From Nitrospirota bacterium (GTDB taxonomy: Bacteria; Nitrospirota; UBA9217), in the NCBI GenBank assembly GCA_963741205.1, contig CAVUHW010000015.1, positions 64,001 to 128,000 of the forward strand: DNA of 64,000 bases, written 5' to 3'. A program made the translations under genes and the position numbers. This document shows positions 21,272 to 33,376 of this stretch, piece by piece. The notes under the pieces were generated by a model. The model ran no database searches, was not told the DNA's origin, and saw only the letters and a list, made by a program, of their open reading frames with translations. Each line of letters begins with the position of its first letter. Position 1 is the first letter of the stretch.

Positions 21272-21994
21272 AATTTCGGATTTCGGATTTCGGATTTCGG
21301 AATGGAGAATGCTGAGGTTCCAAAAGAACTCAAATCCGCAATCCGCATTCCGCAATCCGCAATCGAACGGGTTCACGCTTCTTGAAGTGCTTATCGCCGT
21401 GGCGATCATGGCGGGAATCATTACCGTTATCTATCAGAGTTTTTTTACCGCAAGCAGAAACGTTGAACAGGCGGAAGCAATACGGGATTCGTCTGACATG
21501 GCGCGCACCCTGGTGGCGAAAATCTCCGATGATATATCCAATGCATATTATAATCAGGCAATGAACAGGTCCGCAGTCATTACGATTTTCAACGGTAAGA
21601 AGGAACAGGCTGATTCGACTGGACGAGAAAAGCAGGCTTGACAGCATTACCCTGACAACACTTACGAACTGGAGACGGCCGAACACGAAAGAGACCGATC
21701 TCTGGGAAGTCGGTTATTTTTTCAGGCAAAAGCCGGATGGCTCGGGTTATGTCATGATGCGCAGGGAAAAGCGGGAACTCAGCAAGGATGTACCGGCAGG
21801 CGAGGGCGGCAATCGAGTATGAGATCACGGACCGCGTGAAGTTTTTGCAGCTGCGGTATAACACGGGTGGAGACACCTGGTACGATGAATGGAACAGCAC
21901 GAGCCGGAACGGGCTCCCAAAACTGGTGGAGATAGCGCTGACACTCGACAGCGGGTTGACCTACTCAACATACGTTGAAGTTCAAAAATATTAG
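21261..21994 (+). CDS. gspJ: Minor pseudopilin J (frameshifted) with repeat-derived leader
   Basis: NG|FTLLEVLIAVAIM; C-terminal WYDEWNS...LPKLVEIALTL. Confidence 0.8.
21272..21366. repeat. Heptamer inverted-repeat element (tttcgga / tccgcaa) in the gspJ leader
   Basis: (tttcgga)x4 on the left; tccgcaa tccgcat tccgcaa tccgcaa on the right. Confidence 0.85.
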
Positions 21995-22016
21995 CCGACG
22001 CGTCAGGGAGTGCGGG

Positions 22017-22839
22017 GTGCGGAAGGGTCATCATTGGGTGCGCAACAGTCGCGGGGTGGCGCTTATCATCGTTCTTTTGGTTACGGCGCTTTTGATCGCG
22101 TTGATTTTTGAGTTTGCCTACGGAACGCGGGTGAGCCTCCGTGCCGCCGTAAACTTCCGCAACAGTGAGAGGGCATATTTTCTCGCACGCTCGGGTTTCG
22201 GGGTATTCGCCAGGTTTCCCGAAGTGCGGGATTATTATCATCAAGGGGAATTGAGTGACCCCCTTCCTTTCGTGAGTGAAGCCGACAAGGAACTGAGAGT
22301 CCTATGGGAAGATGAGCGCGGAAAAATCAATGTGACAAACATATCCAGGGGGAATGTCGCTTTCAACCGTCTCACGAATCTATTTTCCATTCTCCAGATC
22401 GACCAGGGCATTCTTGACCAGATCAGTTCATGGATGACCAATGAGCAAAGAGGCTTCTATTTGCTTACCGAGCTTCACCTGTTCCTGAGCGACGACGACT
22501 ACCGGAAAGTCGAGCACTTTCTGACGGTAAACAACAATACGGACGAGAAGATCAACATAAACACCGCACCGTCCCAAGTTCTTCAAAGTCTCGGGTTAAG
22601 CGCCCCGGATGCAGACCGTATTGTTGATTCAGCAAAACAAGAACCCTTTGATCCAGGCAAAAAACCTGATCAATACCGCACCCGGTATGACCGCGATGAT
22701 CGCCGGACAATTGGTCACGTCAAGCAACGTGTTCAAAGTCAGCTCAATCGCAACGGTAGGCGGTTACACAAAGCACATTGATGCTATCATGACGATGAAC
22801 GGTCCTCAATACACCATAAACTACTGGAGAGCGCTTTGA
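22017..22839 (+). CDS. gspK: Minor pseudopilin K (frameshifted near 22660)
   Basis: RG|VALIIVLLV, DERGKINV, KININTAP. Confidence 0.85.
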
Positions 22840-24168
22840 AGATCGTCGGTTTGAAGATCGAGCAGGGAAGGGTCGCCGCGTCGGTCGTCGAGCAGGGCCT
22901 GCGCCAGACGGAGCTCGCGGGCTCCTTCAGCCTTCCTTTCACATCGGACGCCGAACTCGCGGACATCCTGCGTGAGAGAGTCGCGGGAGTGGGCCGGCGC
23001 GCGCATCGTCTCGTCCATGCCCGGGGCGCGGTTCAGCCAGCGAACCGTGACGTTCCCCTTTGCCGACCGCAAGCGCGTGGAAAAAGCCCTGCCGTTCGAA
23101 CTGGAAGACAGCATTCCCTTTCCCCTGGACGACGTTGAGATCGATCACCTCGTGCTGGACCGGCCCGGGACAGCGGCGGACAAAAAGAAAGAACACGTGA
23201 TCGTCGGCATCATGGTCTCGAAACCCGCCCTGAGGCAGCATCTCGAACTCCTCGCCGCGGCCGGCATCGACCCGCAGGTCGTCGTCCCTTCCTACGTCGG
23301 TCTCTGGTGTGTCGCGAAAAGAATACCGTCGGAGGGCATCTCCGTCTTCATCGACGGCAGCGACATCTGCCTCAAGGATGGAAATGCGGTTTTGTCCTGC
23401 CGAAGTTTTTCAACCGCGCAGTCCACCGGCGGCATCCGCCAAACACTCAAGGCGATGGAGACCGAGCACGCGGTCCAGATCGAGCAGGCCTTCCTCCTCT
23501 CCGAAGACAGCAGGATGCGCGCGGAGCTTGCGGAGCTGGGGCTCACGGTCGATCAGGCCGCATTCGACTTGCACGGCAAGAAGGCGGAAGACCCCGGAAG
23601 CCTCGGCCTTGCCCTGTGCGAGCAGACGAATTTCCGCAAAGGGGAATTCGCGTACCGGCGCGCCGACGTGGGCGTGCGCAAGCGGAGGCTCACGCTCGTC
23701 ATCGCGGGGGTCGTTGCCGCGGTCCTTGCAGCCGCGAACCTGGGCGTGAAGTTTTATCTGGTCGAGTCCAGTTACGGCAAGCTGGACCGGGAGATCAAGG
23801 AAGTCTACCGGAAAACGTTTCCGGAGGCCAAAATCGTGGCCGATCCGGTCCGTCAGCTCCGGTCCCGGCTCGATGAAGCGCAGAAAAAATTCGGGGTCCT
23901 CGGCTCCGGTTCGTCCGTCCTCGACGTTATGAAGGCGGTGACCGACGGGATCCCCAAGGAAGTGCGCGTCAGTTTTCAGGAGTTCATCCTTGAAGGCGAC
24001 CGGCTGAAGCTTTCGGGCGATGCGGCCTCCTTTGAATCCGTGGACAAGATGAAAGCCGAGCTTCAGAAGGCGGAGCCCTTCTCCGACGTCCAGGTCCTGG
24101 ACACGCGGATGGGCGTGGACAACAAGGTGAAGTTCCGGTTCGAGATGAAGCTGAAGCAGTCGATGTAG
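22836..24168 (+). CDS. gspL: Type II secretion protein L (frameshifted near 22980)
   Basis: Actin-like N domain ALPFELEDSIPFPLDD, single TM, periplasmic ferredoxin-like C domain. Confidence 0.8.
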
Positions 24169-24182
24169 ACCACGAGGAATGT

Positions 24183-24535
24183 GTAACCACAGATGAACAC
24201 AGATGGACACGGTAAAGACAGAGACAATGACCCTGAAAAGGATTCTTTATAAAGAATTAACAAAGGATAATCTGGACTCGGCTTTTAAAATACATAATGC
24301 CTGGGTTGCGGCTGCTGGAAAAAGTTTATGGCAATGCTCTGATATGGGATCTGGAACTAAAAAAGAAAAAAGTTTCAATGCAGCAACAATACAGCTGTTT
24401 GGTACTGATATCGTCGAAGAAAATCGTGGAAAAAATCTGTAACGGCGAGTTGCTCAATTATTTAAGGATTCTGGGTCGTGTTGGTCCTAATGGACCGAAA
24501 GAGTATGTTTGTTTAACGTGTTCATCCGTGGTTAC
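24183..24535 (+). mobile_element. Inverted-repeat-bounded element carrying a decayed GxxExxY (PDDEXK_3) gene
   Basis: Arms gtaaccacagatgaacacag...cgtgttcatccgtggttac; AT-rich interior reads ILYKELT..SAFKIHNA/GCG/LLEKVYGNAL..ELK and ELLNYLRI..RVG across frames. Confidence 0.75.
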
Positions 24536-24549
24536 AACAGGAGCATTTC

Positions 24550-25050
24550 GTGAAACTTGAAGAACGGGACAAAAAGGTGCTCATCTTCGGCGGCGCGGCG
24601 GCGGTGCTCATCCTGCTCTACGCCCTTGTCCTTTCCCCGCTTACTGCGGACCTCTCCCTCAAACGGGAATTGATCCCGAAGAAGGAGAAGGACCTCGCGG
24701 AGATCAAGACGCTCAGGACGCAGTATCTCGACATCCAAAAGCGGCTCCAGGAGGCCCAGGCCGCGGCTGCGCAGCGGGGGCCTCTGCTCACGGACATCGA
24801 AAGCATCTCCAAACGGGCGAACCTCTCGAGCAAGATAGTCTCGCTCAAGCCGCAGGCGGGCGTCCAGACCGCGGGCTTCACGGAGAGCATCGTCGAGGTC
24901 AAGCTGGAGAACATAACGCTCTACGACGTCGTGACCTACGTCTATATGCTCGAGAAGGACACCCTGCGGATCAGGAAGCTCCAGTTCAAGCCGCGGTACG
25001 ACAATCCCAAACTGCTGAACGCGACCATCCTTGTATCGAGCGCCGGGTAG
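24550..25050 (+). CDS. gspM: Type II secretion protein M
   Basis: ERDK+TM, coiled coil, VEVKLENITL...LRIRKL; position in cluster. Confidence 0.8.
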   Translation: MKLEERDKKVLIFGGAAAVLILLYALVLSPLTADLSLKRELIPKKEKDLAEIKTLRTQYLDIQKRLQEAQAAAAQRGPLLTDIESISKRANLSSKIVSLKPQAGVQTAGFTESIVEVKLENITLYDVVTYVYMLEKDTLRIRKLQFKPRYDNPKLLNATILVSSAG

Positions 25051-25053
25051 GAC

Positions 25054-25884
25054 ATGATCGACAAAAAAAAACTTATCCGACGATTGTCCTTCGCCGCGTA
25101 CTTCGTCGCGGCCTTTCTGTTTTTTCTCTTCGCGCTTTTCCCCTTTGACCGCGTCAAATTAAAGCTGGAGTCCGAGGTCCGTCAGCGCGCGCCAGTTCAG
25201 CTCTCCATTGCCCGCATCGCTCCGCGGTTCATTAACCGTTTCGCGCTGACCGATGTGGTCGTATCCGATCAGAAGGGGAAGGTCCTGTTCGAAAGCCCGT
25301 CCGTGACGGCCGCGGTCTCGCTCATAGGCCTCCTCCGCGGAACGCTCTCGCTCGACATGAAGGCAAAGGCCTACGGCGGGGACCTCTTGGTGAAGACGCA
25401 GCAGGGCCGGGGCAGGCAATATTTCCTCATCGACGCGAACGGTCTGGATGTGGGCTCCTACCGGCTGTTGAAGGACGCTGGCCTCAAGCTCTCGGGCAAG
25501 CTCGGCGGAAACATAGAAATGACCGGCGACGCGGGCAAAGGAAGGCTGTGGCTCAAGGGACTGACCTCACGCGAGCTCACGATAAAAGGCTTTCCCCTGC
25601 CCGACCTCGATTTCGAACAGTGCTGGCTCGAGGCGGAAATCAAGGGTGACCGGCTGACGATCAGGAAACTGGAGCTTGACGGCAAGGAGCTCACGGTCCG
25701 GTGTCTCGGAGACATGGTGCTTCGCGAGCGCGGGACCATCAACCTGACGATCAAGCTCAAGCCGTCGGAGCGGCTCGCGCGGGAGCAGGCCGGCGTTCTG
25801 TCCCTCTTAAAGAACAGGGACGCCGAAGGCTTCTATCAGTTCAGCCTCGGCGGCACGCTGTCGGAACCGGTGCCTCGGTTGTAA
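25054..25884 (+). CDS. gspN: Type II secretion protein N
   Basis: TM+FPFD, beta-rich body, LGGTLSEP end; position in cluster. Confidence 0.75.
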   Translation: MIDKKKLIRRLSFAAYFVAAFLFFLFALFPFDRVKLKLESEVRQRAPVQLSIARIAPRFINRFALTDVVVSDQKGKVLFESPSVTAAVSLIGLLRGTLSLDMKAKAYGGDLLVKTQQGRGRQYFLIDANGLDVGSYRLLKDAGLKLSGKLGGNIEMTGDAGKGRLWLKGLTSRELTIKGFPLPDLDFEQCWLEAEIKGDRLTIRKLELDGKELTVRCLGDMVLRERGTINLTIKLKPSERLAREQAGVLSLLKNRDAEGFYQFSLGGTLSEPVPRL

Positions 25885-26046
25885 AGGAAAGGTCTCCGCA
25901 AGAATACTTCGACCTTCTCCGCTTACCATAAATATGTGTTGATTATACGGCTCCGGATCAACTAGTTCTACGTCCGGGAGTGTATGCGGGCGCCCCGTGG
26001 TAGCCGAGGACTAATTAAAAGACAAAGATCGTCAGAACAGCATTAG

Positions 26047-26083
26047 AAAGCCTGCCAGATAGTTTACTCCTGGCAGGCTTTTT
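26047..26083 (+). terminator. Intrinsic terminator
   Basis: aaagcctgccag-N11-ctggcaggcttttt. Confidence 0.8.
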
Positions 26084-26423
26084 ATTGGATATCCAGAAAA
26101 TATCCCACTAACATTTAAGTTTTACATATTTTCGGATATGAATGGTATTACTATGGTGCAATTTACAGATTTGGCATGGAGCGCTACAATTGAGGCAAAC
26201 GATAATAAAGGGAAGGAAGGGAAAGGGGTATCCCTACGGCTCAAATTGCACCATCTGATGGTGTCAATAGAGAAGTCGACAATCAGTTTCCCGGTTGAAC
26301 GATCGGGAATGATTTTGCATCGTTTCATTTGGTGGCATCCCCGAATATCTTTCTCGGGGATAGGGTTCTGCAGAGAGCGATTACCTGAGCTAAAGGGATA
26401 CACCCTTCAAAAGGTGATCTGCC

Positions 26424-29224
<2,801 letters not shown>

Positions 29225-29246
29225 CCGAGCAAAGGGATTCGTTTTG

Positions 29247-29322
29247 GTAGACGCAGGCTTTAGCCTGCGTTTGAAACGCCGCAAAAAACGAAAAAAACAC
29301 GCAAGCTGAAGCTTGCGGCTAC
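29247..29322. repeat. GTAG-family REP doublet (REPIN-like)
   Basis: GTAGacgcaggctttagcctgcgt ... acgcaagctgaagcttgcggCTAC. Confidence 0.8.
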
Positions 29323-29366
29323 AATATTTCATTAAGGCTTATAAAAAAACCGAGGAAGGAGATATC

Positions 29367-30350
29367 ATGCAGCGTTTTCACCGATTATCAATACCTGTGC
29401 TCACGGCTCTTTTCTTGCTCATCGGAACCATGCTGACTCTCCAGTCAGCCACCGTCATGGCCGCCGAAACAGGGGGCACGATCTGGGGCGCGGACTACTT
29501 CCCCGACGTCCCGCTCATCACTCATGAAGGAAAGACGGTGCGGTTCTTCAGCGACGTAATAAAAGGCAAGGTGGTGGCGCTCAATTTCATTTACACCAAT
29601 TGTCCGGATGCGTGCGCGCTGGAGACGGCGAGGCTTCGCGAGGTCCAGAGGATCCTCGGTGACCGTGTCGGCCGAGACGTGTTCATGTATTCGATTACCA
29701 TCGATCCGGAACATGATACGCCGAAGGTGCTGAAGCAATATGCGGAAAAATTTCAGATAGGTCCTGGCTGGTTGTTTCTGACAGGGAAAGAGGCCGACAT
29801 CACGCTTATCCGCGAGAAGCTCGGCCTGTACGGCGAGGAGGACAAAGGCGAAAGCCTTAAGGAGCACAACCTGAGTTTCATTATCGGCAATCAGGCAACG
29901 GGACAGTGGATGAAGATGTCGCCCTTTGAAAATCCCTATGTCCTGGCTACGCAGCTCGGAAGCTGGCTGCAGAACTGGAAGATGCCGCCGAAAGAAAAAA
30001 GAGATTATGCCGAGGCCCCGCAGGTGCGCAATATCTCGAAGGGAGAAGAGCTCTTCCGCACGCGCTGCGCTTCCTGCCACACGATCGGGATGAAGGATGC
30101 CGAGAGGGCGGAGAAGCGGCCCTTAGGACCGGACCTCCTGGGTGTGACCCATAAGCGCGACCGGGCCTGGCTCAACCGCTGGATGGCTGAGCCGGACAAG
30201 ATGCTGGCGGAGAAGGACCCGCTGGCCATAAAGCTTTTAGCCGAATACCACAACCTGCCTATGCCCAATCTGGGGTTAAACAGCGACGAGATCCAGAACG
30301 TGCTGAGCTATATCGATGAAGAGAGCCACAGAATGGGGTATCACCATTGA
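29367..30350 (+). CDS. SCO1/SenC copper chaperone fused to class I cytochrome c
   Basis: CPDAC, SITIDPEHD, conserved His; CASCH, GPDL, LPMPNL. Confidence 0.88.
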   Translation: MQRFHRLSIPVLTALFLLIGTMLTLQSATVMAAETGGTIWGADYFPDVPLITHEGKTVRFFSDVIKGKVVALNFIYTNCPDACALETARLREVQRILGDRVGRDVFMYSITIDPEHDTPKVLKQYAEKFQIGPGWLFLTGKEADITLIREKLGLYGEEDKGESLKEHNLSFIIGNQATGQWMKMSPFENPYVLATQLGSWLQNWKMPPKEKRDYAEAPQVRNISKGEELFRTRCASCHTIGMKDAERAEKRPLGPDLLGVTHKRDRAWLNRWMAEPDKMLAEKDPLAIKLLAEYHNLPMPNLGLNSDEIQNVLSYIDEESHRMGYHH

Positions 30351-30353
30351 AGC

Positions 30354-30436
30354 GAATTGCGGAATTGCGGAATCGAAAATGAAGAAATGGCTCATTGCCG
30401 TTTAATCCGCAATCCGAAATCCGCAATCCGAAATCG
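30354..30436. repeat. Heptamer inverted-repeat element between convergent genes
   Basis: gaattgcggaattgcggaat on the left; aatccgcaatccgaaatccgcaatccgaaatcg on the right. Confidence 0.8.
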
Positions 30437-30445
30437 CAACTCACC

Positions 30446-30937
30446 TCAATCCTTCAATTTCTTGATCCGTTCCTCAATATCATCGGGAATGAGGGAGTTC
30501 TTGTAGCGTACGACTCCTTTGGAATCGATCAGAAAGACGGTCGGCACCCCGCGGACCTTGAATGCCTGTCCAATTTCAAAGGAATGATCGAAACCGACGG
30601 GAATCACGTAACCGTATTTCTTCCAGTAGGCCCGGGCTTTACTCTCGCTGTCGTTTAAGCCGGTATTGACGGCGATGATTTCCACTTCCGTCTGACCAAA
30701 CCGCAGGGCCAACCTGTTAATTTTTGGAAGCTCCCTCATGCAGTCGGGACACCACGTATTCCAGAAAACGAGCATGACCGGCCTTCCCGCAAGGGCCTGA
30801 CGCGAGAGGTTTTTACCGTCAAAGGTCTGCACGGCAAAGTCCGGCATTGGCTCGCCCACTTCGACAGCCCACCCGGTGGAAGCCTTGACCATAAGGAGCA
30901 AGAGCGCCAACCATAAAATTTTAGAGATTTTTTTCAT
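30446..30937 (-). CDS. TlpA/ResA-family thiol-disulfide oxidoreductase
   Basis: Signal peptide, FWNTWCPDC, VRGVPT. Confidence 0.88.
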   Translation of the reverse strand: MKKISKILWLALLLLMVKASTGWAVEVGEPMPDFAVQTFDGKNLSRQALAGRPVMLVFWNTWCPDCMRELPKINRLALRFGQTEVEIIAVNTGLNDSESKARAYWKKYGYVIPVGFDHSFEIGQAFKVRGVPTVFLIDSKGVVRYKNSLIPDDIEERIKKLKD

Positions 30938-30948
30938 ATCCGCCGCCT

Positions 30949-31713
30949 CTACAACCACACCTGTCCGGCCTTGATGAGATAATATTCCGCAAACCCCAGC
31001 ATCAAAACGGCGATGACCTTTTTCACACCAGCCATCCAACCTCCGGGTTTGGGGAGTGCCGCGGCCAGCCCCGAAAATGTGCCGGCGACAATGAGAAGAA
31101 TCCCCATACCCATGGAAAAGGCGAACAGCAGGATGCCTCCGAACAGAACGCTCCGGCTCGTTGCAACATAGGTAAGCAGGGCGAAAAGCATCGGTGAAGT
31201 ACACGGCGATGCCACCAAACCCGAGGCGGCCCCGACCAGGAACGCTCCGATGACTCCTCCCATGACCGGTTTCCTCGATCGGCCCTGAAACCACGCGGGA
31301 AACGGAACAACTTCCAGGAGGTTCAGGGCAAACAGAATGAACACGTTGGCGACAATAAGAAGGGCCCAGGGGCTGGTGCTGATCCTGCCGAATAAATCGC
31401 CGGTCAGCGCCGCAATCATGCCGAGCAGCGAATAGACCGTCGCCATCCCCGCGACATAGCAGAGGGAAAGTAAAAAATATCTCGCCCGCACGCTCCCTCC
31501 GGAGGATCCGGCGACAACCGATTCAATATTTGTTACCGGACTGCAGTGTTCGCACAGTGCTCTTTCTTTGACCGACCTGCCGCTGACATATGCCGAGACA
31601 ATGGGGATCATGGGGTAGATGCAGGGGGAAAGACCGGCGAGAATCCCCCCCACAAAGGCTGCTCCGACCGCAGCCACTGGCGCTCCCGCAAGATACGTTT
31701 CCATTGAGATCAT
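30949..31713 (-). CDS. CcdA/DsbD-like cytochrome c biogenesis membrane protein
   Basis: LSPCIYPMIP and ASPCTSP; LPKPGGWM. Confidence 0.88.
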   Translation of the reverse strand: MISMETYLAGAPVAAVGAAFVGGILAGLSPCIYPMIPIVSAYVSGRSVKERALCEHCSPVTNIESVVAGSSGGSVRARYFLLSLCYVAGMATVYSLLGMIAALTGDLFGRISTSPWALLIVANVFILFALNLLEVVPFPAWFQGRSRKPVMGGVIGAFLVGAASGLVASPCTSPMLFALLTYVATSRSVLFGGILLFAFSMGMGILLIVAGTFSGLAAALPKPGGWMAGVKKVIAVLMLGFAEYYLIKAGQVWL

Positions 31714-31903
31714 GTTAATTTCACCTCGATGGTCAGCACACTACACATGCACTCATGTAAATTATAACTCGTTGACGGTCATTTGAGCCACTCGACGGTG
31801 GGACCGGTGGATTTAAAGGCCGCCTTCAGCCGCTTGTCGGTCTGTCCGAGTGAGTGTACCGGTTTTGCGCATGTTTTCGGAAAGCAGAAGCCGGTAACGC
31901 CGT

Positions 31904-33158
31904 CTAAGTCCGCCCGAAAAACATTTCAAACTTGAAGAGGATGCCGAAGGTGGCGTCGAAGTTTGCATCCCTCGGAAACCGGACCTGGGGGGCTGCCTCG
32001 AAGAAGAGCCAGTCCCGCAGGTAGCTGTGGCGGTACCGGATCCGGAAGGCGATTTCCGTAAACTCGCCGACAGGTCTGGTGTTCCAGCTGTTGATCCACT
32101 CGTAGTCTATCGCGTGGGTCGGGGCAAGAGGCTGGCGCAGCGCGAAACTCAAGCCGTAGGCGAAACCGTTCGCTTGTGCGACCCATACCCCGTCAACCGT
32201 CGTGCGGAAAAAAAGTTCATGAGGAAGCTGGCGCTCGAAATCGAACCGGGTGTCTGTTTGCCAGCTTCCCTTCGACCTCCAGATTGCTTCCTGGGTAAAC
32301 CTGACAGCCCAGATTTCGTAGGGCATGAGGACCTGGTACCGCGGGGCAATGAGGATGACGGGGCTGAATTTTGAGAATTGCAGCCCCGTCCTCACAACGG
32401 AGCTCACTTGGGGGTCCGAACGGAAAACATACTGGAGCCCCGTCGTAAGGGTGTTCTGCGGCGTGGTCCCAAAGCGCTCCGCGGGGGTGTGGACCGCGGC
32501 TGATGCGCCGGTGGGCGGTACGGCGGGTTCCGCAGCGATGACGAGATGTGTTTTTTCCTCAAGCGCCGGAAGGGCCAGCCGCAGATCGAAGGCAGGTTTG
32601 AAGGTTGGCGCCGGACCGCTCTTCCTTGAATATCTCGTAGCGGAACCGCGTGAACGAGCGGTTTTCTTCCCTCACATATCCCGGATCGGCAAAAAAGGAA
32701 TCCATCCACACGGCAGACGCCAGAAAACGGCGGACGATCTCGCTATGAAGCATATCCACATACTTCAGCTCCTTTTCCAGTACAGGCCTGGTCTGCTTCG
32801 GCTGCACCGGGAGAGTAGTGAAGGAGGGCGCCGTGAGCAGGTTGTCGGGCGCGGTCTGCTCCATCTCCGGTTGCGGAGGGAGAGAGGTGAAGGAGGGCGC
32901 CGTGATCAGCGACTCGGGCGGTTCTTGCCCCATCTCCGGTTGCGGAGGGAGAGAGGTGAAGGAGGGCGCCGTGAGCAGCGACTCGGGCGGTTCTTGCCCC
33001 TTCTCCGACGCCCGGGCAGCGGAGGCTCCGTTAAAGGCGAAAAGAAAGATCAGCGCGACGAACGGCAGGCATCGGACTGCTGTCCTGGCGGATTTCTGCA
33101 GGTATGTTTTGACTGAAGCTGACAAGTGAGATAGTGCTCCTGATTCCACGCTGGTCAA
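31904..33158 (-). CDS. Exported, probably outer-membrane beta-barrel protein (frameshifted)
   Basis: Signal-like segment, WMDSFF, beta-strand-rich C-terminus ending FEMFFGRT; fragments 32559-33158 and 31904-32407. Confidence 0.6.
32795..33001 (-). repeat. 3 x 69-bp coding tandem repeat (GQEPPESLLTAPSFTSLPPQPEM)
   Basis: gaaggagggcgccgtga recurs at 32820, 32889 and 32958. Confidence 0.9.
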
Positions 33159-33217
33159 CCGGTGAGCGGATCGCCGTGGCGATCCATCGCGGCTTTTCAG
33201 CGCAGTCCGCCCTTCAA

Positions 33218-33246
33218 AGAATAGGCAAACAAGAAGTGATTGTCAA
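33218..33246 (-). promoter_or_regulatory. Sigma70 promoter (minus strand)
   Basis: TTGACA-17-TATTCT on the minus strand. Confidence 0.55.
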
Positions 33247-33313
33247 GTGCCAAAGATCGATAAAACAACGGGGTGATGAGCATCGGAGTAGAAGTGAGGC
33301 GACTTTTTCCCTG

Positions 33314-33342
33314 TTGCAACTTCAGTCTACTTGCGTTATAGT
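33314..33342 (+). promoter_or_regulatory. Sigma70 promoter
   Basis: TTGCAA-17-TATAGT. Confidence 0.55.
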
Positions 33343-33376
33343 AACCAACTAATTATCGGGGAAAGGAGTCTCGTCG

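Noticed and set aside
32795-33001. 69-bp period as CRISPR repeat+spacer
   Set aside because: The whole unit is repeated and in frame within a protein; no unique spacers
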